A stretch of 64,000 nucleotides of DNA, taken from contig NC_068998.1 in the NCBI RefSeq assembly GCF_001194135.2, forward strand, positions 8,547,686-8,611,685, in the 5' to 3' direction. The position numbers were made by a program, and so were the translations under genes. Positions within the stretch are counted from its first letter, which is position 1. Each line of letters begins with the position of its first letter. The notes under the pieces are model-generated. The model made no database searches. It was given only the letters and a program-made list of their open reading frames with translations, and was not told the DNA's origin. Positions 53,361-63,779 of the stretch are shown piece by piece. The stretch comes from Octopus bimaculoides. Lineage: Eukaryota.

Positions 53361-54385
53361 ACAACAAGAATGGTGATGATGGCGAGGAAGAGCATGGTGA
53401 TGACGATGATGATCATTTTCGTTGTCGTCGTCGTCATTTCTTTTCTTCGGCACAGGTGTGGGAATAATATTAATATAGCTGACAAATATAAGACTACAAC
53501 AAAACTGCACTTAACAAAAGGTAACATTGTGTTTGATATTGTAGTGGCAGAGAGCAATAATATTTATAACAAATATAGACACAGAAATTAGATAATCAGA
53601 TTAGAACCACGAACAGAAATATTTTAATACAGATGGAACTAATAGCACACAAGACATAGATGAAGGAAAAATTAGGAAAGAGAATAAATTAAGAAAAGAG
53701 AACTCTGTGAAGTAAAAGCACGCAACGAACTGATTAGGCTCTTAGCCGAACGTTTGTACGGCGCTGGGATCGATCCTCGAACAGGGTAATGTGTTGCAGT
53801 CTTGAGCAAGCCAATTTGATTTATGCTGCTCCAACTATATCAGGCTAATATTTTTCGCTCTATATTAATATCGTTACCTTCAATTCTCCTTTCTGACTCT
53901 GATGGAGTATACGTCGATATTTGGCTGTGCGCAAATTTCGTCTCTCTTTTCAAAGTAGGTATCCATGCGAGTAATCATCTTAAATGATTTTGAGAATTTA
54001 GTGTGCGAAAAACTAGTTTACTTTTGTGATCTTATTGTAAAACATGTGCGCATGAACAAGGCCAAAACTTAGAGGGACCTCTGGTGGAGAGGACATTTGA
54101 GAAAATTTTCAGTTCTTTGTTTTATGGATTCTGGAGCGTTGTAAGACACAATCCATCTCGGTGGACTTTCAAGAAATAAGATAAAAAGGATGTGATATGT
54201 GTGTGATCTACCTGGAAGTTCCCTTTTAAAAAAATTTTTGTTTTACTTTTCTTTTTGAAGGGTTTGTGTCTAAGTAGTCTTTATTCTTTCAGCTACCAAA
54301 ATTTCTGCTCCGTATCTATACACAAAGCGGCACTACATCTATCCTAAATATATCAAACTTATTGCTGTAAAACTATTACACATTA

Positions 54386-54422
<37 letters not shown>

Positions 54423-54649
54423 TGTGTGTATCAAGATAACTAGATACATACAAACATACGTGCGTATGTGTATATATATATATATATATATAATTCACAC
54501 ACACACACACACACACACACTATATATAATTGTCCACGTATAAAAGAGAGTTAAGTTCTAGACTTATGAAGCTGTTGATAATGCACCATCATTTTTTAAA
54601 ACATATTTCAATATATTTTCTCTACACAGGAAATCTGATTGACACATAT

Positions 54650-56465
54650 TTATGAAAAGTTGATAAAAAGCTGCAGGCAGTGCACAGCGCTGAATGCACC
54701 AACAGATTATTCAGTTTGTATTATTTTATGCAACACCTGCAACTCTTTAAAACTATATTTTACAGAACCAAAACCATTTATATACAGAACACTTTGAATA
54801 GTGGCAGAAATTCTTTTAATCTATTGAATGCTATAGTTTGAATTCTTTACCAATTATGCTATCATAGACCAGATTTCTGCAGCGATTGAATCTTATATAT
54901 AATGCAAATTACCTCTACTGCTGCTAATGTAATGTTATAAAGTTGCATATTTCTAGAGTATGGTCTTTGGATAATAGTTTCATAGTTTCACAGCGCTGTC
55001 TTGTGTGTTGGTTGAAATAATGCGCTTCCTATGATGTCAACACAGTCTTGGCAGATATCGTGTTGTCTGCAGCGTTTTTGCTTTTTTTCAGTTACCAAAA
55101 GCCATGTTTACAATTTGCGATTCTTGTGAAAATATACTACTTCAATAAACCAACAAAGCCGGCGGGGGTGGGTACGTCTTGCATGTCTGTTATCAAAGCC
55201 CACATTCTAACAACATTGTGTCGTTCCAGACAGGATAATTTTAATGGTCTTCAATAATTTCCAGTCTCCACCGAAAAACACAGTGAATATTCTTCTGCAT
55301 AAACAGAGAAAGTAAATATAATTAATGGATATGTCTACAGTAGAGTATTATCTCGACTGAGTACTGTGATTAGAATTGCCAACATGTTCTCATGACAGTC
55401 ACGGAAATATTTTTTTTAATCTGACAAAAGCCAGAGAATCTATTGTTTGGGAAATAAATTTGTTGCGCTACACTTTGTATTCCTGAAAGAAATATTTGAA
55501 AAAGCCAAAAGGTTTATGAGTAATGATAGTGACTTTATACATTAGAACTTTCTTTAGGTAAATGTACACATGAATGTTTTGATAACAAGAATAATGGCAA
55601 ATGCACTATTTCAGAAAATCGCTGATACAATTTGTCTGCAACAATAGAGTTATTCTTCGAGTTTCTTATCAGAAAATTCTCATTGTATATTGTATCTGTT
55701 GAATTCTATCATTGATAAAAAAAAAGTGTTTTAAAAACATTGTCTATCATTATAGATATCATAACAAAGTAATGTTTCCGTATATTTTAATGTATATGCC
55801 GATAATATCATAATTAAACAATACATGCGTATAAGAAAATGTCGTAGGTTTTATGAAACATTGCTTTTAACAGACAATATCTTAGTCTAATGCTGAACGT
55901 GTATGCCCCAGAGGATGGATACTTATTTGTCATTACATTGGCGGTCATTGCATTCAATGAGGTTTACTTATGTACTACTAGTGCTTTTGTCCTTCCATAC
56001 TACTAACACTAATATTTCTAAACATTGACCGTTTCAATACTTCGTATGTATTGTTTATTAATGATATTGTTTCGGTGAACTAATTCTTTCATTCTCAGTT
56101 TGATCCCATTTCATTCTTGTTCTATTACTAACAAATAATGCCCTTTGGCAGGGAAAGAAATATCACAACTTTTAATTTTCTCTGCTTGCTAGTCATAAGG
56201 ATTTTACTACTTTCCAAAGAAGGTCTTCATTTTCTGTAAATCCATTAGTTGAAAGATTGAGAGAGTGCTCAAATATAATTTGGCTGTCATTTCAAGTTCA
56301 TGAGACAGATACAGCTCATGTCCTTGTAGATCATGAGTTGATCAATGTTCGTAAGACAAGCTTTGACCAGAGCAGGCATTCTAGGCATTCTGGATCTGAG
56401 GAGAAACATTTTGAACAGAATGTAAATTTCAAATGGAGACCGGATGAGAACAGTCATAGCGAAAG
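54650..56465 (-). pseudogene. Decayed NACHT-LRR (NLR-like) gene, unit 4
   Basis: FRYD (about 56461-56453), LRTLINS*S (stop 56333-56331), GFTENED (56243-56223), FHKTYDIFLYA (55858-55826). LLSK..V and HY remnants; VFFGGDWKLLKTIKIIL (55281-55231) aligns ungapped with VFIGAYFELSCTFVISL of unit 1 (7/17 identical); VICIIYKIQSL aligns with CICHYLRLQAI. Confidence 0.7.
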
Positions 56466-56513
56466 CGAAATTTTAAGGTGTATACATATATACATACACA
56501 TATATATGTGTGC

Positions 56514-56553
<40 letters not shown>

Positions 56554-57439
56554 GTATATATATATATATATATATATATAGGATTATTCTATTATACAGA
56601 CAGATATACACACACACACGTAGATAGATAGTTAGATAGATAGGTAGGTAGATATACAACAAACACTTGATACATCATACCATTCTGTACAATACAGTAC
56701 AAGGAAGTTATTGGGGTGAATAAGTAGAGAAAAGGAAGAAAACAATCAAAAACTACTAGCAAATTTACGGTAAGTCATAATAATAAAAAATATAAAGATC
56801 CCAAAAGAAGAAACTAAACAACTCATACAGATTGACACATCCGACCAAACAAACAAATGAAGAAACCACATCACGACAGAATCCACAGATCTACTGCTTA
56901 TGAGCCACCATTGTAGAGAAATATCTTATTTTACAGCAGGCTGGTTGTTCACCCGAAAAATTGTACCGTCAAATAGCGTCAAAAAGAACATGGAAGAGAA
57001 ATGTGTAGTTGTGAAGAGTAGCTGCGGGTAACGAGGGAAATTATTTAAGATAGAAAGAAGAAAATAGAAAAATACGTTAGCATGAAGTAGATTGGAACTG
57101 AAAAAGCATTTGATTGCCAAAGATATTCATAAATATTGGAGGTATATAAAAAAACAAAAGAGCACAAATGTTTAAACAATGCATTTATTTTCTTATCTGA
57201 AAGCGAAAAATAACAGGGCTGTTTATGTAAGACGCTTGCTTTGCAAATATATAGTTTCGTTTCATTAACGCCACGCTGCACCATGGGCAAATGTGGCTCA
57301 ATACAGCCCCCGGGTCGGCCAATGCATTCTGGGTTAATGTGAGAAACTAAAATCGTATAGAAGTTAAAGTGCTTTGTGCTATTTCTTCCTGCTCATTGCT
57401 TTCTAGTTTCGAATTCTGACGAAAACAACACCAACGTCT

Positions 57440-57770
57440 TCTCAACGATTAGCCGGAGGTGATTTTTTAAATGAGAGTATCTGAAAATAAACTCGACTGC
57501 TCTTGCAAGCGAGAATACTAAAAACGAACCCGATCAGCCTCAAAAATTAAGCGACAAAACAGGTAAAATAATTCAGACTCCTTATCCGGTATCCGATCGA
57601 TCCCAAACTCTAATCAGTGTGTGCCAATGACAAGGCCAAACATCCCTGGAAGTTTCATTCGAATTCACCCAGCAGTTCTTGAGATATATTGTCCACGGAG
57701 AAGCAAACAAACAAACAAACGCGACTGAAAACTATATCTCCGCCTTCAATAAGGCAGAGGTAATAATAAC
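57440..57770 (+). mobile_element. Non-autonomous repeat (MITE/Helitron-like) with 3' hairpin
   Basis: Ends (AAAC)n-GCGACTGAAAACTATATCTCCGCCTTCAATAAGGCAGAGGTAAT, an imperfect inverted repeat. Class is uncertain and multicopy status is inferred. Confidence 0.45.
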
Positions 57771-58082
57771 TTGTGGGAACTTTGGCGGGTTGTTGATGGA
57801 GGTATCACCAGCTAATATGTTATGGCAATAAGTACCAGTGATTAACTGGTGATTTTCTTAATCAGCAGAAAGAATGAATATAAGATCGACGTTAGCGTTA
57901 TTTCAAATCAAAACGTGAAGTACCAGAAGAAATGCCGCTGAACATTTTGTCAGACGAACATTTTCTCCATCATCATCACCATCATCATCATCATCATCAC
58001 CACCACCACCACCGCCGTCGTCATCAACATCATCATCATCATCATCATCAGTAGTATTAGTAGTAGTAATAGTAGTAGTAAT

Positions 58083-58230
58083 CGGGCGGTGAGCTGGCAG
58101 AGTCGTTAACAAGTTAGACAAAATTCTCAGCGACATTTCTTCCAATGCTTACGATTTGAGTTCAAATTCGGCCAAGGTCGACGTAGATTTTTATCCTTTC
58201 GAGGTCAATAATATAAGTACCAGTGGGGTA
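58083..58230 (+). mobile_element. Family-B SINE
   Basis: GGGCGGTGAGCTGGCAGAGTCGTTAAC...GAGTTCAAATTCGGCCAAGGTCGAC...AAGTACCAG. Confidence 0.85.
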
Positions 58231-58680
58231 CTCTGGTCCATATAAATTAGCTTGTCTACACAGATTGTCTGCCTATTGTCAAAAGAGTTCCTTCTTCTTA
58301 TTATTATTATATAGAAAAAGTATTTTTGTAGTGGCCAGTTATTTCTTCACTCTCTTGCGATCTAAAAATGATGTCGAAGTTACTGCTTTACTGCACAACA
58401 CAGGAAAAGCAATTTATTTTGGGGTTTTGAAAATAGAATTCTGAGTCAATAAACAGAAAAAAGTTATTAATTTGGTTCTCCAGTTCGATATAAAGTGAAA
58501 CATCTTAATAGCCTGTGCAAGAGCTTTCCAGATTTTCATACCATGGTTCGCAATGTTTATTTTCCCATAGCCGCTACTCGCTTATATTAGAAGACGAAAA
58601 TTGAAAGCAATTTCTCGGAGTTAATTGGCAGGGATTTTTCAAATAGCTCCGATTTCTTCGCATTTCGTTCTGTTTCTACG
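58230..58680 (-). pseudogene. NACHT N-terminal half (Walker A region), unit 5 or upstream part of unit 4
   Basis: ELFEKSLPINSEKLLSIFVF*YKRVAAMGK*TL (RVAAMGK*TL at 58580-58551; cf. GxAGMGKSTL), then after a frameshift W..LAQAIKMFHFI and a possible SFLD Walker-B remnant. Confidence 0.62.
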
Positions 58681-59224
58681 TTTGCTTATTTATTTGTTTA
58701 TTGTATTTGGAATTTATAGGAGAAGGGAAGTTTCTTTATATTAAGATGAAACTATTTATCATAAGAAGATAATACGCAAATTGTATATATGTAATCATAT
58801 ATATACATGCATATTTGCATGTGTGCTATCTATGTGTATATATATATATATATATATATGTGGGGGGGGGTGTACGTCTATACGTATATATGTATTTGTA
58901 TATGTCTGTATGTATGTGTGTGTGTGTGTGTATTTATTTTGCTATGTGTACTCTCAAACACACACACATATATGTGTGTGTGAGTATGTGCGTGTCTATC
59001 TCTGGTATATAGGTATGCATATATGAATGTGTAACGTGGCTCAAAAAGAACTAGTAAGAAACTAGTAACTACCTGTAGTACAGTATAACCATCAAATTTA
59101 TTGATATAACTACGTAGAATGTATCAGTAGAATAAAGTAGTAAATTAGTTAGATATATATCCGCATACATATGTGTGTTTGCATGTTACTTTCCATATAT
59201 ACACCCTTATGTATGTGCTTATAA

Positions 59225-59279
<55 letters not shown>

Positions 59280-59344
59280 ATATAATATATATATTTATAT
59301 ATATATACGCATAGACACACACATACATATATATGGTTCAAATG

Positions 59345-59460
59345 TACAGAAAACAAAAGACAGAGACAGTTGAAGGAACAACAAGGAGGTGTATTAGCTT
59401 GACGCTGGGGATATATGGAAAAGTCTTTAACGTTTCGAGCCTACAATCTTTACCAGAAAA
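59345..59460 (-). mobile_element. Second Penelope-type terminal-repeat family fragment, degenerate
   Basis: Minus CTGGTAA-A-GATT-GTAG-GCTC-GAAA-CGTT-AAAGAC; homologue of 27705-27815. Confidence 0.45.
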
Positions 59461-59949
59461 AGATGAGTAAAACTATGTAGGGAGCGAGGGAGAACGGAGA
59501 AAGAAAAATATTTCGGGATTAACGGTTCAGTAGACACGTTAATACATCATTAGAAATTATTTTATTTTCGTTAAGTACCGAGACAAACTTTGAAACATGT
59601 AAGTAAAGCACCTTCCATGGATCAGTAAATGTGTTTTCTTTTTATTGTCCAAAGTTTGTCTGAGATGTCTTACTCAGATATGAAGCTATTAGTAACGCTA
59701 TGTTGATCCATGCAATGAGAAAACTATCGCATATACATTTACTATATAATTGTATTGCATTCTCTGTTTCGTCTATGTAAATTCCATTACAGTGTACCGT
59801 ATATATGCATATATGTATGCATGTGTATATGTGTGTGATTGTGTGCTTTGTGCTTAACTAGTGTGCTTGCATATGTAAAACCGTGTGTGCCAATGCCTAT
59901 TAGTAGTCCACGGTTATTTTGCTATTTATACGCATATATGACTGATATC

Positions 59950-60247
59950 CTCGGAGGAAATTGTGACGAAAATAGATGAGGTGTGGATCTGCCGACTCTT
60001 TGCATCTCAGGGTTTCGTCAATATTCCATGTCCTGTAATTTGACAACGGCTTTTATCATTTTCCTACAATTCCAATTGTTGCTTTATCCTTTTCTTTAAA
60101 AGATAGCACAGAATGGTTTGTTAAAGAAGAGGTTCGTTTAAAATCAGTCGAACGACTGTATAGATATGCCATATAAAGATTTGCAGGTGGAATACATGTA
60201 CCGATGTGTTTTTGGAAAATATGCTCTAGATAAACAAGAGCTCTCGC
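59950..60247 (-). pseudogene. Possible N-terminal coding segment upstream of the NACHT remnants
   Basis: After an AG at 60249-60248, one frame runs about 100 codons with only a TGA-TAA pair: ARALVYLEHIFQKHIGTCIPPANLYMAYLYSRSTDFKRTSSL... Confidence 0.35.
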
Positions 60248-60649
60248 CTATCCAGGATAGACAGATGTCACATTTATCCTTAAAATGATTATTATAATGA
60301 TAATAAAAAATATTGATTCCCAATTAGGGAACATTATTATTAGCACTGGACATTTTGCCCGGTGTGCGAACGCTTCTGCTACCTCGCCACCTTGATGATG
60401 ATAATAATAATAATAATATCGTTGTGTAGATAACAATGGCATCCTTCTTTTAATTTTGACTATATCTTCAGGAGGAGTTACCTCAATCCTTTCTATATTA
60501 ACCAAAATGAAGTAGATTGACAAATTTATTTTTTGAACCAGTTGAAGACACACAGGATGTCGAAATATCGTTCACTAGATGACAATGGCACTCGTCTTTT
60601 AATTTTGATTCTTTTAATAACAACAACAATAATAATAATCATTATTATT

Positions 60650-60890
60650 ATCAAGGTGGGTAGCTAGCAGAGTCATTAGCACACCGAGAAAAATGTTTTG
60701 TGCTATGTCGTCTCGTCCGTCCTCACATGTGAGTTCAAATTCCACTTGGGTCGAATTTGCCTTTCCTTCTTTCTAGGTTTCGGTGTCGATAAAAATATAT
60801 ACAAGTTAAGCAGTGGACTCGATGTAATCCATTTAACCCCTGATCCAGAATTACTGGCCTTGAGCCAAAATTTGAAACCAATGTTTAACG
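60650..60890 (+). mobile_element. Family-B SINE
   Basis: AAGGTGGGTAGCTAGCAGAGTCATTAGCAC...GAGTTCAAATTCCAC...GGCCTTGAGCCAAAATTTGAAACC. Confidence 0.8.
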
Positions 60891-61746
60891 GCAGATAACC
60901 AGTGACACGAAAATCACTGCATTATTTTTTTTTTCAGTTTAGATTGTATTTCAGTGCAGACGCAACATAACAAATAGATCTTCATATTAAGAATGTTATT
61001 TATACCATGATCTATAATCTGAAACAAAGTTATGGATAATTTATAAATAGTAAAATTTTATACATCCATAGAACTAACTATTGTATATGTAAACGTGTGT
61101 GTGTGTGAAAAATAGATTTGAGTTAAATAATTCAGTGTTTGGTGAGGAGCGAAAAACATCCTCTCGTGAATGATAGGATAGGAAAGTTGCCAATTAAATG
61201 TGTTTACTTTGAAATGAAGCTGACATCATATTATCATAAAATGGTTCTAAGATACTTAAACTATAAGCGAAAGGAAGAAGAAAAAATACAGCATCGTTTT
61301 CTATCGACTTAAATAGCACGATATATACACTGAAATTCTATAATCAACAACCGACTCCTGCATATTCATACACACATTCGATACGCATTTATTAAAAAAT
61401 GAAAGAAATATGGCGCTTGGGGAGAGGTTTTTTTCCCCCGCTTCCTTAAAAAGAACCCTCAATAAATTGTACTATACTTGGAACGATAAACAATAATGTA
61501 GTTTTACTATTTCATCATTACACACGCACATACTAAAAATAAATACAGCCCAACATCAAAGTATGTTTAATTTCTGGTTGACTGATAGAAGCATTGAGGG
61601 ATACCACTGATTTGTAAAAATGTACCATCCACTAATAGGTGACTAATTCCATTGATCTCAGAACAGGAGAAATATTAATGCTGAACTAGAGTTTTTTTTT
61701 CTGGTATTGTATGAAGAACTTCATTGATATGATAATTATTTCTTCA

Positions 61747-62075
61747 GGGCGAAATGCTTAGCAGTATTTCGTCTGTCTTTACGTTCTGAGATCAAATTCT
61801 GCCGTGGTCGACTTTGCCTTTCAATCTTTCGGGGTCGATAGATTAAGTACCAGTTGCATACTGGGGTCGAACTAATCGACTGGCCTCCACCCCTAAAATT
61901 TCCGGCCTTGTGTCTAGACTAGAAAATAATGCTTGGCGGTATTTCGTCTGTCTATGTTCTGAGATCAAATTCCGCCGTGGTTGACTTTGCCTTTCAAACT
62001 TTACGGGTCGATAGATTAAGTACCAGTTGCATACTGGGTCGAACTAATCGACTGGCCTCCACCCCCAAAATTTCC
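61747..62075 (+). mobile_element. Head-to-tail tandem pair of family-B SINE bodies (period 175 bp)
   Basis: AATGCTT starts at 61753 and 61928; both bodies share private variants. Confidence 0.9.
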
Positions 62076-62349
62076 GCATTATTAAAAGTTAAATAACTTA
62101 GACTTGAAATAAGCAATTGTTTGTGTATATGTATGTTTGTGGGTGCGTGTGTGCTTGTTAGCGAATGTGTGTACGTGTGCATGTGTTTGTGTGTATGGGT
62201 GTGTGTGAGTGTGTTTGTGTGGGTGTATGTGTGAGCGTGTGCGTGTGCTTGTGTGAGTGAGTTTACAAGTGTAAACCGCCAATAATATTTGGAGAAACAT
62301 TTATTGTAAAGTTTAAACATGAGCAAAGGTATAAAATATCATGCTAAAG

Positions 62350-63560
62350 CTCACACAGCTGGACTTTAAGATTCGCCCACATCTTCGCCCACAGACCACA
62401 GAAATCACGTTTCATAGCGCTATTCAAACAGAGCATACTTTGTTACAAATGAACACAACACGGACAGTATGAAAGCTTCTTTCGATTAAACGGCACTAAT
62501 TGTACTGCACATACTTCACAATACAACGAAAAAACAAAGCTACACCACCCACAAGACAAATACGTGACACAATCCAAAGAAAATAACGCAGCAGGCACTC
62601 GCAAGCAAGCATGAATTCGTATCATATAACATTCTTTCACTAATTGTTTTAGGCTTCTATGAAATCGTCGAAAGCCATTGACACCTTCTCAGCCCTCCCA
62701 CTTTTGATCCAGCAGTGTATCGATGATATTAATACCGAAAATATAAATAACACCACCAGAATTCGGCTATTATGCAGTTACTGCTGTGTATCCTAGGCAT
62801 GGCACCTTGAGCAAGTGTTTTCTACTATAGCCTCGGACTGACAAAGCCTTGTGAGTGGATCTGTTAGACAGAAACTAAAAGAAGCTCGTCTCTCTTGTCA
62901 GTCATTATGATAGGGCTTCTTTGACTATTGAGTTATTTCTAGCAATGCTGGTACCACTTACAATGAATCGAGCCCAGTACTTCTTTGTTTAAGCCTAGTA
63001 ATTATTCTACCGGTTGTCTTTTACCGAACCGCTAGGTCTTAACAAGACACGTGACTCTTTATAAGCGTTCAACGAGTCCATCTTTTAATTACACATGGGT
63101 GTTAATGTCTATCGCTACAACAGGATAAACAGGCTCTGAAATCCCAGGCAAGGCACTAAAGTAGATCACAAGACACCCGAAGAAGACAAGGACGTATGCA
63201 GCCTAAACGTAGTGAAAAGAACAATGAAGACACCACTCCGACAAACTCACATACCATACATTTGTTTTCTAATAAAATATCGCAACGCAGAAACACACAA
63301 ACCACACAACACACTCAGAACAGTCACTACTCGCCACTAAAACAAATAACGTTTATTACACAACACAACACACTGATAATGTAGTCATCACTAGACCAGA
63401 AAACTCACGCACCGTATACGAAGAGCCATCGCCACTCATGGAAATAACACGACACAGATTTCAAATATACTGCACAATAAACGTACAACACATCAAAATT
63501 ACAAATGCCACAACGCAGAAACTTTCATATAAGATATAAACACACATCAACATTTAAAGG
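62350..63560 (+). mobile_element. Decayed Penelope-like element ORF (RT, linker and GIY-YIG-region remnants)
   Basis: MKASFD (62469-62486) and CTYFT (62506-62520) resemble RT motifs but are too close together (deletion inferred). IPYI..SNKI..THKPHNTLRTV from 63251 matches the PLE LPY...KPxxTLR linker; NVV..RTVYE.P follows. Ends at a hammerhead-bearing terminal unit. Confidence 0.55.
62795..63035 (+). mobile_element. Family-C SINE fragment inserted in the PLE remnant
   Basis: GGCACCTTGAGCAAGTGTTTTCTACTATAGCCTCGG...AAAGCCTTGTGAGTGGAT. Confidence 0.8.
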
Positions 63561-63582
63561 GTAGTGATACACATGAATCATA

Positions 63583-63650
63583 TGGCGTAGTGGTTAAGAG
63601 CGCGGGCTACTAACCCCAAGGTTCCGAGTTCGATTCACGGCAGCGACCTG
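63583..63650 (+). promoter_or_regulatory. tRNA-derived segment with Pol III A and B boxes (not an intact tRNA)
   Basis: A box TGGCGTAGTGG (63583-63593), anticodon-like arm GGG-CTACTAA-CCC, T arm CCGAG-TTCGATT-CACGG (B box GTTCGATTC 63628-63636); no paired acceptor stem. Confidence 0.8.
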
Positions 63651-63733
63651 ATTAATAATAGTAATAATAATAACAATAATATAATAATAGTAACATCGTT
63701 AGGAATGAGAACCCAGGTTTGAAATTTCCCCAA

Positions 63734-63779
63734 GACACCTGACGAAGGCTGGAGGGTACATCAGCCGAAACGTTGTGTC
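63734..63779 (+). ncRNA. Minimal type-I hammerhead ribozyme (Penelope type, palindromic stem III)
   Basis: Stem I GACAC (63734-38)/GTGTC (63775-79) perfect; core CTGACGA (63739-45) plus one extra A; stem II GGCTG/CAGCC perfect; GAAA (63767-70); palindromic ACGT; GUU cleavage triplet, predicted cut after 63774. Confidence 0.78.

Noticed and set aside
36450-58680. Idea that cephalopod A-to-I editing rescues the stops in the NLR-like frames
   Set aside because: Editing of TGA/TAA would give Trp, not the required Arg or Ser/Thr, and cannot repair the many frameshifts, deletions and insertions.
63577-63650. Functional tRNA gene with ACT anticodon
   Set aside because: No paired acceptor stem and a mismatch in the T stem; treated as a tRNA-derived promoter segment.
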